Below, in pieces: positions 1 through 8,832 of a stretch of DNA of 64,000 nt; the stretch's first letter is position 1, and every line of letters begins with the position of its first letter. This DNA comes from Fidelibacterota bacterium (GTDB lineage Bacteria > Fidelibacterota > Marinisomatia > Marinisomatales > TCS56). A program made the position numbers and the translations under genes. The stretch is from the NCBI GenBank assembly GCA_043822705.1, contig JBDRBK010000115.1, positions 49,993 to 113,992 on the forward strand. The letters run 5' to 3'. The notes beneath the pieces were generated by a model. That model was not told the origin of the DNA and made no database searches. It saw only the letters and a program-made list of their open reading frames with translations.

Positions 1-2
1 AC

Positions 3-434
3 GAGGGGTATTCGGTTTGTGAGACCAGCGACGGCGGGTGGGTGCTGGCCGGTTCGGCTGAATCCTACGGCAATGGTCTGGATGACATCTGGCTGATCAA
101 GCTGGACGCCGACGGCGAAATCGCCTGGGAACGGGTTTTCGGCGGCGATGGTCGCGACCTGGCCCGGTCCGTCGTGGAGACTTTTGACGGCGGCTTTATC
201 GTGGTTGGCGCGACCAATTCGTTCAACACCGGCGATTACGATGTCTGGGTCGTCAAGACCGATAGCAGCGGCTCTCAGCTTTGGAACAAAAGTTACGGCG
301 GTGAGCTTGACGATGGTGGGAATTCGATCTGCCGGACAGCGGACGGCGGCTATATAATCACCGGCTATACCAACTCAGCCGGAAACGGCGGCGACTTGTG
401 GCTGCTTAAAATCGATTCGCAGGGGAATTACTGA
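3..434 (+). CDS. C-terminal part of a secreted repeat protein (beta-propeller-like repeats); 5' end lies outside the window
   Basis: The frame is open from the window edge to the stop at 432-434. Three ~45-aa internal repeats are visible (DIWLIKLDADGEIAWERVFGG / DVWVVKTDSSGSQLWNKSYGG / DLWLLKIDSQGN, each preceded by DGG[FY]I..G.TNS). Confidence 0.6.
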   Translation, partial: EGYSVCETSDGGWVLAGSAESYGNGLDDIWLIKLDADGEIAWERVFGGDGRDLARSVVETFDGGFIVVGATNSFNTGDYDVWVVKTDSSGSQLWNKSYGGELDDGGNSICRTADGGYIITGYTNSAGNGGDLWLLKIDSQGNY

Positions 435-526
435 CGGCAGCCGCCGGGGCGGTTATTTTGTAATTGGTTTGATCAGACCGTCTCCGCCGGTGGATTGTTC
501 ATCATGCGATCATTTTAACAAATTAT

Positions 527-556
527 TGTAGGGGCACAGCATGCTGTGCCCCTACA
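527..556. repeat. Perfect 30-bp palindrome TGTAGGGGCACAGCATGCTGTGCCCCTACA heading tandem array 1
   Basis: Read directly; the 28-bp core at 528-555 is its own reverse complement. A sister palindrome lies at 29981-30008. Confidence 0.9.
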
Positions 557-572
557 GCATTATTATCATCAC

Positions 573-992
573 GGGCAGCAACCCGAAGCGTTGGGGAACC
601 ATCCCGAACCCTTCGGGAACCAACCCGGAGCTTTGGGGAACCAACCCGGAGCTTTGGGGAACCAACCCGGAGCTTTGGGGAACCGACCCGAAACGTCGGG
701 GAACCATCCCAATCCTTTCGGGAACCATCCCAATCCTTTCGGGAACCAACCCGGAGCTTTGGGGAACCATCCCAATCCTTTCGGGAACCGACCCGAAGCG
801 TCGGGGAACCATCCCGAACCCTTCGGGAACCGACCCGGAGCGTCGGGGAACCATCCCAATCCTTTCGGGAACCATCCCGAAGCGTCGGGGAACCAACCCG
901 AAGTGTTGGGGAACCAACCCAATCCTTTCGGGAACCGACCCGGAGTATCGGGGAACCAACCCAATCCTTGCGGGCAGCAATTCCGGGATTTG
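573..992. repeat. Tandem array 1: 20 units of exactly 21 bp (18 x GGGAACC[A/G][A/T]CCC + 9 variable nt, capped at both ends by a GGGCAGCAA-type unit)
   Basis: GGGAACC recurs at 594, 615, 636 ... 951 with no indel. All six frames are open across it, which is typical of a phase-3 DNA repeat rather than a gene. Confidence 0.9.
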
Positions 993-1151
993 TGTAAAAT
1001 GAAAATAATGTGTTAAATTAATTACACCACCGGGGGCGAGGAATCCCGGTGAAGAAATACTTTCATATTGATTGATAGTCTGACTCCGGTCCGCCGGAGA
1101 TTACCTGTAAATACGCTTGAAAGTAGTAATCTTTAGCTAAGGAGGGTAACA

Positions 1152-1466
1152 ATGGGTACACCAACTTTCGCCGAAACCATCAGTAACGGGAAGGTCATGC
1201 TCAGCGGCCTGCGGGCCCACGCCGCGGCCCTGGCCGTCCGGGGTATCGACGCCGAATTTATCGGCGGCTTTGAAACTGATATCAACGCCTGCGAGCAACT
1301 GAACAACGAACAGGAAGCCCTGAAAGCCGGGCTGAAAGCCAAGACGGCGGAACTGAACCAGCAGATGCAAAGCCTGAAAGCGCGCTACGGCGAAGCCAAT
1401 CAACTGGTGAAAATCACCATCGATCATTCGCTTTGGCTGGAGTTCGGCATTACCGCCAAACGTTAG
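1152..1466 (+). CDS. Hypothetical small protein (104 aa, helical/coiled-coil-like)
   Basis: ORF preceded by AAGGAGG (1139-1145) 6 nt upstream of the ATG. I recognise no family. Confidence 0.55.
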   Translation: MGTPTFAETISNGKVMLSGLRAHAAALAVRGIDAEFIGGFETDINACEQLNNEQEALKAGLKAKTAELNQQMQSLKARYGEANQLVKITIDHSLWLEFGITAKR

Positions 1467-1676
1467 GCCGTTGGGTGCGACGTTCCCGACACCGGGCTCC
1501 CGCCGGCAGGCGTTCGGTTGACAATGATCTCTCTCATCAGGTGCCAGTTAAACCGGACGAAAATACTTGATTCCGAGCGGAATTTGGTATAGCTTCGGTT
1601 GTCGGTAAAACAAGACTTGATTACGCCCAACGGCAATGATTTTTTCGAAAGTCAGCGACCCGCGGGCGTATTTTTT

Positions 1677-2465
1677 TTAACCGACCTGATAGTACTGCCG
1701 GGGGTTTTTAACAAAAGGCAGGTAAATCTGGAAAATGCGGTACTGCAGGAGACGACGGCTTTTACCGGTCAGTTTATTGGCCCAGCCTGGTTTGCGTCCG
1801 GTTACCTGGTGCTTTTCATCGAGGGTATTGATCATGGCATGGATAATAATACCATATACCAGTAGAGTTTGCCGGTCATCCTGATAATCCAGGTTTTCCA
1901 GAATGGCAATCAGGGGGTCGAACCAGCGTCTGAAACCCGCCTCGGCTAAAAACCTGTCGGTGAATTCCGCGAATGTTATCGTATAGTATTTTTCGTTGAT
2001 TTGTTTAATCAGCGATTCACCCATGCCGCGCTGCCAGCCCCGTTTCACGATTTGATTTTTACTGCTCTCGAGCGCCCGGATGAATGCCAGCAACAGCGCC
2101 CCCCGCTTATTCAGGGCTAAATTGGTGTAGATGCCTTCCAGTCGCATGATCTGGATGCGCGCCCAGAGTTGAACGAAGAGATAAATACTGTCCAGGTAAG
2201 TGAACCAGTCGGAGAATTCCAGTCCTTCCGGCCGGTCAGTGTAACTGAATTCATCGAAATCGGATTGGGCCAGGTAGCGAATTTTACCGACCAGTTCATC
2301 GGCGGCTTTTAAAATCGGATCAAGATTTTTATTGATCAACTGGGCGGCGGACTTCCGGTCGTTCACTTTTTGGACATAAAAATATTCGAACAGTTTTACC
2401 AGCATCCCGCCACTGAACAAGGCAATTATAATTTTCAGCCAGCTCGGCTCGGCAATACTTCCCAC
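1677..2465 (-). CDS. Hypothetical protein with one N-terminal TM helix (262 aa); lower GC than its neighbours
   Basis: Long ORF with N-terminal WLKIIIALFSGGMLVKLF. I recognise no family. Confidence 0.55.
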   Translation of the reverse strand: MGSIAEPSWLKIIIALFSGGMLVKLFEYFYVQKVNDRKSAAQLINKNLDPILKAADELVGKIRYLAQSDFDEFSYTDRPEGLEFSDWFTYLDSIYLFVQLWARIQIMRLEGIYTNLALNKRGALLLAFIRALESSKNQIVKRGWQRGMGESLIKQINEKYYTITFAEFTDRFLAEAGFRRWFDPLIAILENLDYQDDRQTLLVYGIIIHAMINTLDEKHQVTGRKPGWANKLTGKSRRLLQYRIFQIYLPFVKNPRQYYQVG

Positions 2466-2737
2466 TTAAATTAATCCGGTTGAGTTATTGTAATCTTCAA
2501 CGGTCGATTTCCCTCCCGCACAAGGCTCATGAAAATATTTTCCGTCAATAAGCCCGCCATCAGATTACATTATAAATAGTAAAATTTCAAGGAATCAAAC
2601 GCATTTGATTGGGCTTAATACACTTCTTTCCCTCAATCCCCGCCTCAGATTAGCGGTATAAATATGTCCGCCACAGATGGTTAGCAGGATCGCCCGGATT
2701 AAAATCGCAGTACGCAAACCACCGATGAGTGATTCGG

Positions 2738-3199
2738 TCAGATCGTCCCGGTTTCAAGGATCGCCTTCAGATTGCGGCCTTCTTCCAGCATATGTTGGCG
2801 CATGGCCGCGATCCGGTTCCTGAATAACAAAAGAAAAACGAAATCGAGCAGACGATCGATGAATTTTACCCTCGAACCGATTTCGAGTTCGGCGGTAAAG
2901 CGGACGTCATACCCGTTTCCCCGGGCCTCGAATGCCCCGCGTCCCATGCCGGCAATGGCAAATTCCACCCGCTGGTCCGGAACCACATTCGTGATGCGGA
3001 AGCGCAGCTTGTGGGATTTTCCATGGAGAAATTCCTCACATTCGATCTCAGAACCCACCGCCAGCAGCGATCCATGCAACACCCGGCAGGATACATGCGC
3101 CGGATGCCAGAGCGTATAGTGCCGCGGCATTTGCTCCAACCAGGCGAAAACTTCGCCGGGAGTTGTTCTGATATCAATGCTGTCGCGCAGTGAAATCAT
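2738..3199 (-). CDS. SRPBCC (START/polyketide-cyclase-like) family protein
   Basis: The translation is typical of SRPBCC proteins (SIDIRTTPGEVFAWL..., WHPAH...). I chose the internal ATG at 3199 because GGAAGGAG lies 5 nt upstream. The ORF track starts at 3277. Confidence 0.65.
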   Translation of the reverse strand: MISLRDSIDIRTTPGEVFAWLEQMPRHYTLWHPAHVSCRVLHGSLLAVGSEIECEEFLHGKSHKLRFRITNVVPDQRVEFAIAGMGRGAFEARGNGYDVRFTAELEIGSRVKFIDRLLDFVFLLLFRNRIAAMRQHMLEEGRNLKAILETGTI

Positions 3200-3286
3200 G
3201 TTTGCTCCTTCCAGGCTATTCTGCCGGATGTTGGCAACAGGTGCCGCGTGTACTGCGTCCGCCGGAATGGGTGACAAGTAGGGACT

Positions 3287-3616
3287 TCAATCAACGATGA
3301 ACAGCTTGGCCCCGACTGCCGTGAGCGAACGGTGTGGTTCGGTGTTGTCGGCGACCTGGTAGCTCATCCCCGGCCTCAGGGTGAAAATGCGACCGTCTTT
3401 GAGTTCGGTCTGCAGCTCACCCTCAATAACCAGCAGGATATGGCCCTTGTCGCACCAGTGATCGGCGAGATAGCCCGGCGAATACTCGACCATCCGGACG
3501 CGGATTTCGCCGAATTGCAGGGTGCGCCAGTACGCCCTGCCGCGTTCACCCGGATATTCGGTTTTCGGGATTTCCGACCACTCGATGACATTAAAGGGAA
3601 TGTCTGATAATTTCAT
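3287..3616 (-). CDS. Cupin-fold protein (DHCW-motif type)
   Basis: 109 aa with ADHWCDKGHILLVIEGEL and a cupin beta-barrel pattern. Confidence 0.7.
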   Translation of the reverse strand: MKLSDIPFNVIEWSEIPKTEYPGERGRAYWRTLQFGEIRVRMVEYSPGYLADHWCDKGHILLVIEGELQTELKDGRIFTLRPGMSYQVADNTEPHRSLTAVGAKLFIVD

Positions 3617-3649
3617 GATGAATCCTTTCGCTATTCCTAACCGCTTGAC

Positions 3650-4252
3650 TCACTGGTTTGTGTTGTGTCCGGTATTATTAGAATCCAGATAACTATCCAT
3701 ATCCAGTGCCACGCCGGCATCATTTACTGGAACATACCGCACTGCATTACCATGTCTTAGAATTATTTCCCGGGCGCCGTTATCGCCGCTGAGGGCCAAC
3801 AGTTCGGGGGTCAATTCGGAAGAAAAAAAGGTGGGGTGGCCCATCCGCTCACTGAAGGTGGGGACCAGAATCAACGGTTTGATCCGCTCCAATTCGGCCA
3901 GCAGAAATTCGATCGTCGCCGGTTGGATGAACGGCTTGTCGCCGTTGCAGAAAGCCCAATAATCCGGTTCTCCGGACGTATTTGTCAGGCCGGCCTTAAT
4001 CGATGAGGTCAGTCCGGTGGCAAAATCAGGATTGTAAACAATGGTGATCCGGTCACCGAAGCGCCGGTTGAGCAGCGGCTTGATTTTTTCCCATTGATGG
4101 CCGGTGACGACGGTGATTCCCATGTTCGAGTCGATGAAACTCCAGACAGTGGTTTCGATCACTGTCCGATTGCCCGATGGCAACAATAATTTGTTCGGCG
4201 GGTGGCGGCGGGAAAGTCCGGCGGCGGTGATGATCAATTGGGTCGTGGTCAC
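3650..4252 (-). CDS. mocA: MobA/MocA-like nucleotidyltransferase (molybdenum cofactor cytidylyltransferase-like)
   Basis: N-terminal IITAAGLSRR...NKLLLP motif of the NTP_transf_3 family. It overlaps yqeC by 4 nt, and the same pairing occurs in the E. coli yqeC-ygfJ locus. Confidence 0.75.
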   Translation of the reverse strand: MTTTQLIITAAGLSRRHPPNKLLLPSGNRTVIETTVWSFIDSNMGITVVTGHQWEKIKPLLNRRFGDRITIVYNPDFATGLTSSIKAGLTNTSGEPDYWAFCNGDKPFIQPATIEFLLAELERIKPLILVPTFSERMGHPTFFSSELTPELLALSGDNGAREIILRHGNAVRYVPVNDAGVALDMDSYLDSNNTGHNTNQ

Positions 4253-4986
4253 TGCACCGGTTCCAGATGATCCTTTTGTACGCTGCCGTACCAGGTGGGT
4301 CGGCCGGAGGCGGCGTAAATCGCGCGTGCCAATGCGCTGGCCTGACCGGGATGGGCGTCGGTCTTATTGACGAAATAGGTGCGCGGAATGGCCGGCGGTA
4401 TTTTTGATGAGTAGCCCTTTTCCGAGGTGACGACCCGGGTAATGAAAGCAGGCGTCAGCACGAAATTGTCGGCGATGCCCCAGAATTCGCGGAAGCGCTC
4501 CGGGCGGTGTACCAGTCCGTCGGCCAGGGTCGTGCCGACCACATCGGCGCCGACGATGACGATCACCCGATCGAAGAAATCCGGGACCATCGGGTCGTGA
4601 TCGCAATGGACCTTCAACGGCCGGTTGCGGGCACCGTCGCATTCAACAATCGTGACATCGGCCTGGTCTTTGAATTGCTCCAATTCATCCATGGTGATGC
4701 CGTCCACTTTGTGGGCATTCAGGCAGGTGCCCATCACGCACAGGGGATTGTGGCGGGCGAACCAGGTGGCTAAATCGCCGCTGCCGATTTCATCCCGGCA
4801 GATAATTTTAGGGTCGGTATGAAATGCAGATTTGGTAATCGAGGTCAACAGGACCCGGCCAAACACTTGCACCAGTTCCCGGCCCAGCCGTTGCTGCAGA
4901 CCGGTCTTGCCGCCGCCGCCCAGCAGGGCGATGCAGGCACCGGCAACCGGGGCACCATCGGGGAAGGCCAGAGCGGTAAAGTCCAT
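4249..4986 (-). CDS. yqeC: Selenium-dependent molybdenum hydroxylase accessory protein YqeC
   Basis: P-loop-like LLGGGGKTGL near the N-terminus, ~245 aa, and its position next to mocA and XDH-family genes. Confidence 0.75.
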   Translation of the reverse strand: MDFTALAFPDGAPVAGACIALLGGGGKTGLQQRLGRELVQVFGRVLLTSITKSAFHTDPKIICRDEIGSGDLATWFARHNPLCVMGTCLNAHKVDGITMDELEQFKDQADVTIVECDGARNRPLKVHCDHDPMVPDFFDRVIVIVGADVVGTTLADGLVHRPERFREFWGIADNFVLTPAFITRVVTSEKGYSSKIPPAIPRTYFVNKTDAHPGQASALARAIYAASGRPTWYGSVQKDHLEPVQ

Positions 4987-5175
4987 GAGTTAATTTACGG
5001 TCCTCAGGAATAAATTGCGCCAGCCGCTATCGGCAACCGCTGATTTGACGGAAGACTGGCAAACTTCCCGTATATTTCGCCCGGGAAAAAACCGACTTAA
5101 GATCGCGATTGAAAAATTGTCGTCGTGGTGCGGTCATCCCCGGTTCGATATCAATTATCAGGAAAAAGTACGACC

Positions 5176-6366
5176 ATGACCGGAATCATCCTAAAACCAG
5201 GCCGTGAACGCAGCCTGCTGCGGCTGCATCCCTGGATATTTTCGGGGGCGATCAAAAAAGTCAACAGCGCTCCCCGGCCGGGGGAGACGGTCGATCTGTT
5301 TTCCGCCGACGGCCGGTTCCTGGGGCGCGGGGCCTATTCCCCGGTTTCCCAGATTCGGGTGCGTGTCTGGACTTTCGACGAAGGCGAGACGATCGACGTG
5401 GCATTCTTCGAAAAACGGATCAAGGCTGCCGTGGCCCTGCGTAAGGCAGCGGGAATTGCGCAGCAGACGGACGCCTGCCGGCTGGTGGCGACCGAGGCCG
5501 ACGGACTACCGGGACTGATAGTCGACCGTTACGGCGCCTTTCTGGTCTGCCAGTTTCTGAGTGCCGGGGCGGCGTATTGGCAATCTACTGTCGTCGATAT
5601 CCTGCGGCACTCGCCCGGCGTTACGGGAATCTATCAGCGCTCCGATGCCGACGTCCGTGGCAAGGAGGGTCTGGAGCCGGTCCGGGGACTACTGTGGGGC
5701 GCGGAACCGCCGGAGTTGGTGGAAATCGTTGAAAATGGTCTAAAATTTCTGGTGGACATTCGCAACGGCCACAAGACCGGTTTTTACCTGGACCAACGGG
5801 AGAACCGGCAACTGGTCCGTTCCTGTAGTGCCGATAAGGATGTGCTGAATTGTTTCGCCTATACCGGCGGATTCGGGCTGGCGGCCCTCCAGGGCGGCGC
5901 CCGGCAGGTAACCAACGTGGAAAGCGTGGCCGGCCTGCTATCGCTGATCGATCAGAATCGGCAACTGAATTCATTAGACGAACAACTTTGTATGAACGTG
6001 AAGGCCGATGTATTCCAATTGTTGCGACAATACGACGAAACGGGCCGGACCTTCGATATCATCGTTCTGGACCCGCCGAAATTCGCCGAATCGCAGAGCA
6101 ATCTGCCCAGGGCCAGTCGCGGCTACAAGGATATCAACCGGTTGGCTTTCAAGTTACTGCGGCCGGGCGGGCTGCTGTTTACTTTTTCCTGTTCGGGTCT
6201 GATGAAGATGGACTTGTTTCAAAAGATCGTGGCCGATGCCGCCCTCGATGCGGGGCGCGATGGGCGGATTCTGCAATGGCTGCGGCAGGGGGCCGACCAT
6301 CCTGTGACGCTGCCCTTTCCCGAGAGCCTGTACCTGAAAGGCTTGCTGGTTGAGGTTGTTGAATAA
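5176..6366 (+). CDS. rlmI: 23S rRNA (cytosine-C5)-methyltransferase RlmI
   Basis: LKPGRERSLLRLHPWIFSGAI N-terminus, PUA-like region and class I SAM-MTase core (NCFAYTGGFG, VLDPPKF). ATG at 5176 is preferred over the GTG at 5125. Confidence 0.85.
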   Translation: MTGIILKPGRERSLLRLHPWIFSGAIKKVNSAPRPGETVDLFSADGRFLGRGAYSPVSQIRVRVWTFDEGETIDVAFFEKRIKAAVALRKAAGIAQQTDACRLVATEADGLPGLIVDRYGAFLVCQFLSAGAAYWQSTVVDILRHSPGVTGIYQRSDADVRGKEGLEPVRGLLWGAEPPELVEIVENGLKFLVDIRNGHKTGFYLDQRENRQLVRSCSADKDVLNCFAYTGGFGLAALQGGARQVTNVESVAGLLSLIDQNRQLNSLDEQLCMNVKADVFQLLRQYDETGRTFDIIVLDPPKFAESQSNLPRASRGYKDINRLAFKLLRPGGLLFTFSCSGLMKMDLFQKIVADAALDAGRDGRILQWLRQGADHPVTLPFPESLYLKGLLVEVVE

Positions 6367-6462
6367 CCCGTCACAAATTGATTTGTATATCCAGGCGAAT
6401 CTGATTAAAATCGGCATCATTTCCTGCCGATGGCAATCCATTGGTATTCAAAGGAGGAATCT

Positions 6463-6987
6463 ATGCGCAGAATTTTACTCTTTTGTATGACTTTTCTTAT
6501 GCTTGGCTTAATGGCCGGTTGTTCGAACACAGATGAATCCCTTTGCGATTTCGGCCTTTACCTGCTGGCGGATACTACCCTGAGCTATGCCGAGATTGCC
6601 GACAAATCACTTGGTAAACTGAAATTGCAGGATAATCCGGTGATTATATCCGAAGACATTCAAAGTTACGAGGTATTGTATTCTTCCGATTCTACCTATT
6701 CTTTGTTCCATAGAATGGTAGTAACGGCTGCGACAGTCGATAAACTGGGATCGGAAATCATTCCTTATGTGGTGAAAGTCGGCTCCAATCGAATCTACCT
6801 GGGCGAATACTGGCCCCAATTGATGTCGATTATGGCTCAAACAGTTACGATGGTCAATATGGCGTATGTGGATTTAGTTTTTATTGCTAATAATGACACA
6901 GGTGCTGAATTAATAAACGATTTCCGAATAGTAGCAGCCCTTGAACAGGGCGGGGTAGAGATCGTGTATGAAGATATCAGCAACTGA
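6463..6987 (+). CDS. Hypothetical lipoprotein
   Basis: Signal peptide with lipobox (LMLGLMAGC); AGGAGG lies 6 nt upstream of the ATG at 6463; lower GC. Confidence 0.6.
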   Translation: MRRILLFCMTFLMLGLMAGCSNTDESLCDFGLYLLADTTLSYAEIADKSLGKLKLQDNPVIISEDIQSYEVLYSSDSTYSLFHRMVVTAATVDKLGSEIIPYVVKVGSNRIYLGEYWPQLMSIMAQTVTMVNMAYVDLVFIANNDTGAELINDFRIVAALEQGGVEIVYEDISN

Positions 6988-7108
6988 ATAGAATCCATCA
7001 TCATTTTGAACGGAATCGTGGTATTGGAGCTGATCCGATAAGTTTCCATCTCCGACTGAAATCTTAGTAAATTATATCGATAGAAAGGGCAAAGAGTAAG
7101 AATTAATT

Positions 7109-8743
7109 ATGGCACATTTGCAGTTTGAAATTTCCGGAAATATTGTCGATATATTCAATCAACGCACCTTCCCCGGCCGGATTGCCGTTGAAAACGGACG
7201 CATCGTAGCGATTGATGAAACCAGCCATGCCGTAGAACAGACTATCTTGCCGGGTCTGATCGACGCCCATATTCACATCGAAAGCTCAATGCTGGTGCCC
7301 ACGGAATTCGCCCGGCTGGCGCTAGCGCACGGCACGCTGGCGGCGGTTTGTGATCCCCATGAGATTGCCAATGTACTAGGTGTCGCAGGGGTGGAATTCA
7401 TGCTGAAAAACGCTGCGCGATCACCCTTCAAATTTCATTTTGGCGCCCCTTCCTGCGTACCGGCGACACCGTTCGAAACCGCCGGTGCGACCATTACCGC
7501 GGCCGATATCGAACGGTTATTTTCCCGGCGGCAGCTCAAATTCCTCAGTGAAATGATGAATGTCCCTGGTGTGCTACTGGACCTGCCGGAGGTGACGGCC
7601 AAACTGGCTCTGGCCCGTAAATACGGCCGGCTGGTGGATGGTCATGCCCCGGGGCTGCAGGGATCCGCGGCCGGAAAATATATCGCTGCAGGTATCACGA
7701 CCGACCACGAATGCGTGACCCTGCCGGAAGCCCGGGAGAAAATCACACGGGGGATGAAAATTCAGATTCGGGAAGGCAGCGCCGCCCGAAATTTCGACGA
7801 TCTGTATCCATTAATTGACGAATACCCGGGTATGTGCATGCTCTGCAGCGACGACAAACATCCCGACGACCTGGTGCGCGGGCACATCAACGAGCTGGTC
7901 CGACGCGGGCTGGCGGCCGGACTCAATCCATACAACCTGCTGCGGGCGGCCTGTCTCGCTCCGGTGGAGCATTACGATCTGGAGGTGGGCCTGCTGCGGG
8001 TGGGCGATCCGGCCGATTTCATCGTGGTGGACGATCTGGCGCAGTTCAATGTGATTCGGACTTATATCGATGGAATCCTGGTGGCGGAAAACGGCTGCTC
8101 GGCATTACCGGCCGTCGCGGTCGAGTCGCTGAATAAATTCAATTGCCAGCGCAAGCAGATTACCGATTTCGCCGTGCCGGCGGCCGGTAATAAAATCCGG
8201 ACCATCGATGTGATTCCCGGCCAGTTAATCACCGGTAGTGCCTTGGTCGAACCGTGGATTTCCGATGGGAACGTGGTGGCCGATCCCGGTCGCGACATAC
8301 TGAAATTGACGGTGGTCAACCGTTATGCCAATGCCAGGCCGGCGCTGGGTTTCGTGCGCAATTTCGGTCTTAAAACCGGTGCGATTGCCTCATCGGTGGC
8401 TCATGACAGCCATAATATTGTTGCTCTGGGCGCCAGCGACGAAGAACTATGCCGGGTGGTAAATCTGGTGATCGAACAACGGGGCGGAATCGCCGCCGTT
8501 GGTGGAATGGAAGAAGTGATTATGCCGCTGCCGGTGGCTGGTATCATGAGCGACCGTGACGGACAGACTGTGGCCGGGCTGTATTCCGCTTTGGATCGCT
8601 TTGCCAAGGGTCTTGGTTCATCCCTGCCGGCGCCCTTCATGAGCTTGTCCTTCCTGGCCTTGCTGGTCATCCCCGAGCTGAAACTCAGCGATCAAGGTCT
8701 CTTCGATGGAATAAATTTTAAATTCACTTCCGTCTTTGGATGA
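7109..8743 (+). CDS. ade: Adenine deaminase
   Basis: 544 aa with GLIDAHIHIESSML and overall amidohydrolase/adenine deaminase architecture. Confidence 0.85.
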   Translation: MAHLQFEISGNIVDIFNQRTFPGRIAVENGRIVAIDETSHAVEQTILPGLIDAHIHIESSMLVPTEFARLALAHGTLAAVCDPHEIANVLGVAGVEFMLKNAARSPFKFHFGAPSCVPATPFETAGATITAADIERLFSRRQLKFLSEMMNVPGVLLDLPEVTAKLALARKYGRLVDGHAPGLQGSAAGKYIAAGITTDHECVTLPEAREKITRGMKIQIREGSAARNFDDLYPLIDEYPGMCMLCSDDKHPDDLVRGHINELVRRGLAAGLNPYNLLRAACLAPVEHYDLEVGLLRVGDPADFIVVDDLAQFNVIRTYIDGILVAENGCSALPAVAVESLNKFNCQRKQITDFAVPAAGNKIRTIDVIPGQLITGSALVEPWISDGNVVADPGRDILKLTVVNRYANARPALGFVRNFGLKTGAIASSVAHDSHNIVALGASDEELCRVVNLVIEQRGGIAAVGGMEEVIMPLPVAGIMSDRDGQTVAGLYSALDRFAKGLGSSLPAPFMSLSFLALLVIPELKLSDQGLFDGINFKFTSVFG

Positions 8744-8832
8744 TGCTCGATAAAAGCGCTAAATTTCACGGTTTGCTGTAATAGAAAAATGAAGAAAATA
8801 CCTTACTTAAAAATGATTGCAACGGCGCGATT

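Noticed and set aside
573-992. CRISPR array interpretation of the tandem repeats (also for 30051-30426)
   Set aside because: The units are contiguous with no unique spacers, the 21-22 bp repeats are degenerate, and no cas genes are present in the window.
541-1016. Four listed ORFs (131-156 aa, both strands) with repetitive G/P/N-rich translations
   Set aside because: They exist only because the 21-bp DNA repeat is stop-free in every frame. There is no RBS, the translations are low complexity, and the related array at 30 kb has a non-triplet 22-bp period. Treated as non-coding repeat DNA.
6988-8832. Looked for purine (guanine/adenine) riboswitches upstream of ade (6988-7108) and the XDH gene (8744-8832), and for a preQ1 riboswitch near yhhQ
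   Set aside because: I could not find the conserved purine-riboswitch core or a preQ1 hairpin by eye, and yhhQ overlaps its upstream gene. A covariance-model scan would be needed for a firm negative.
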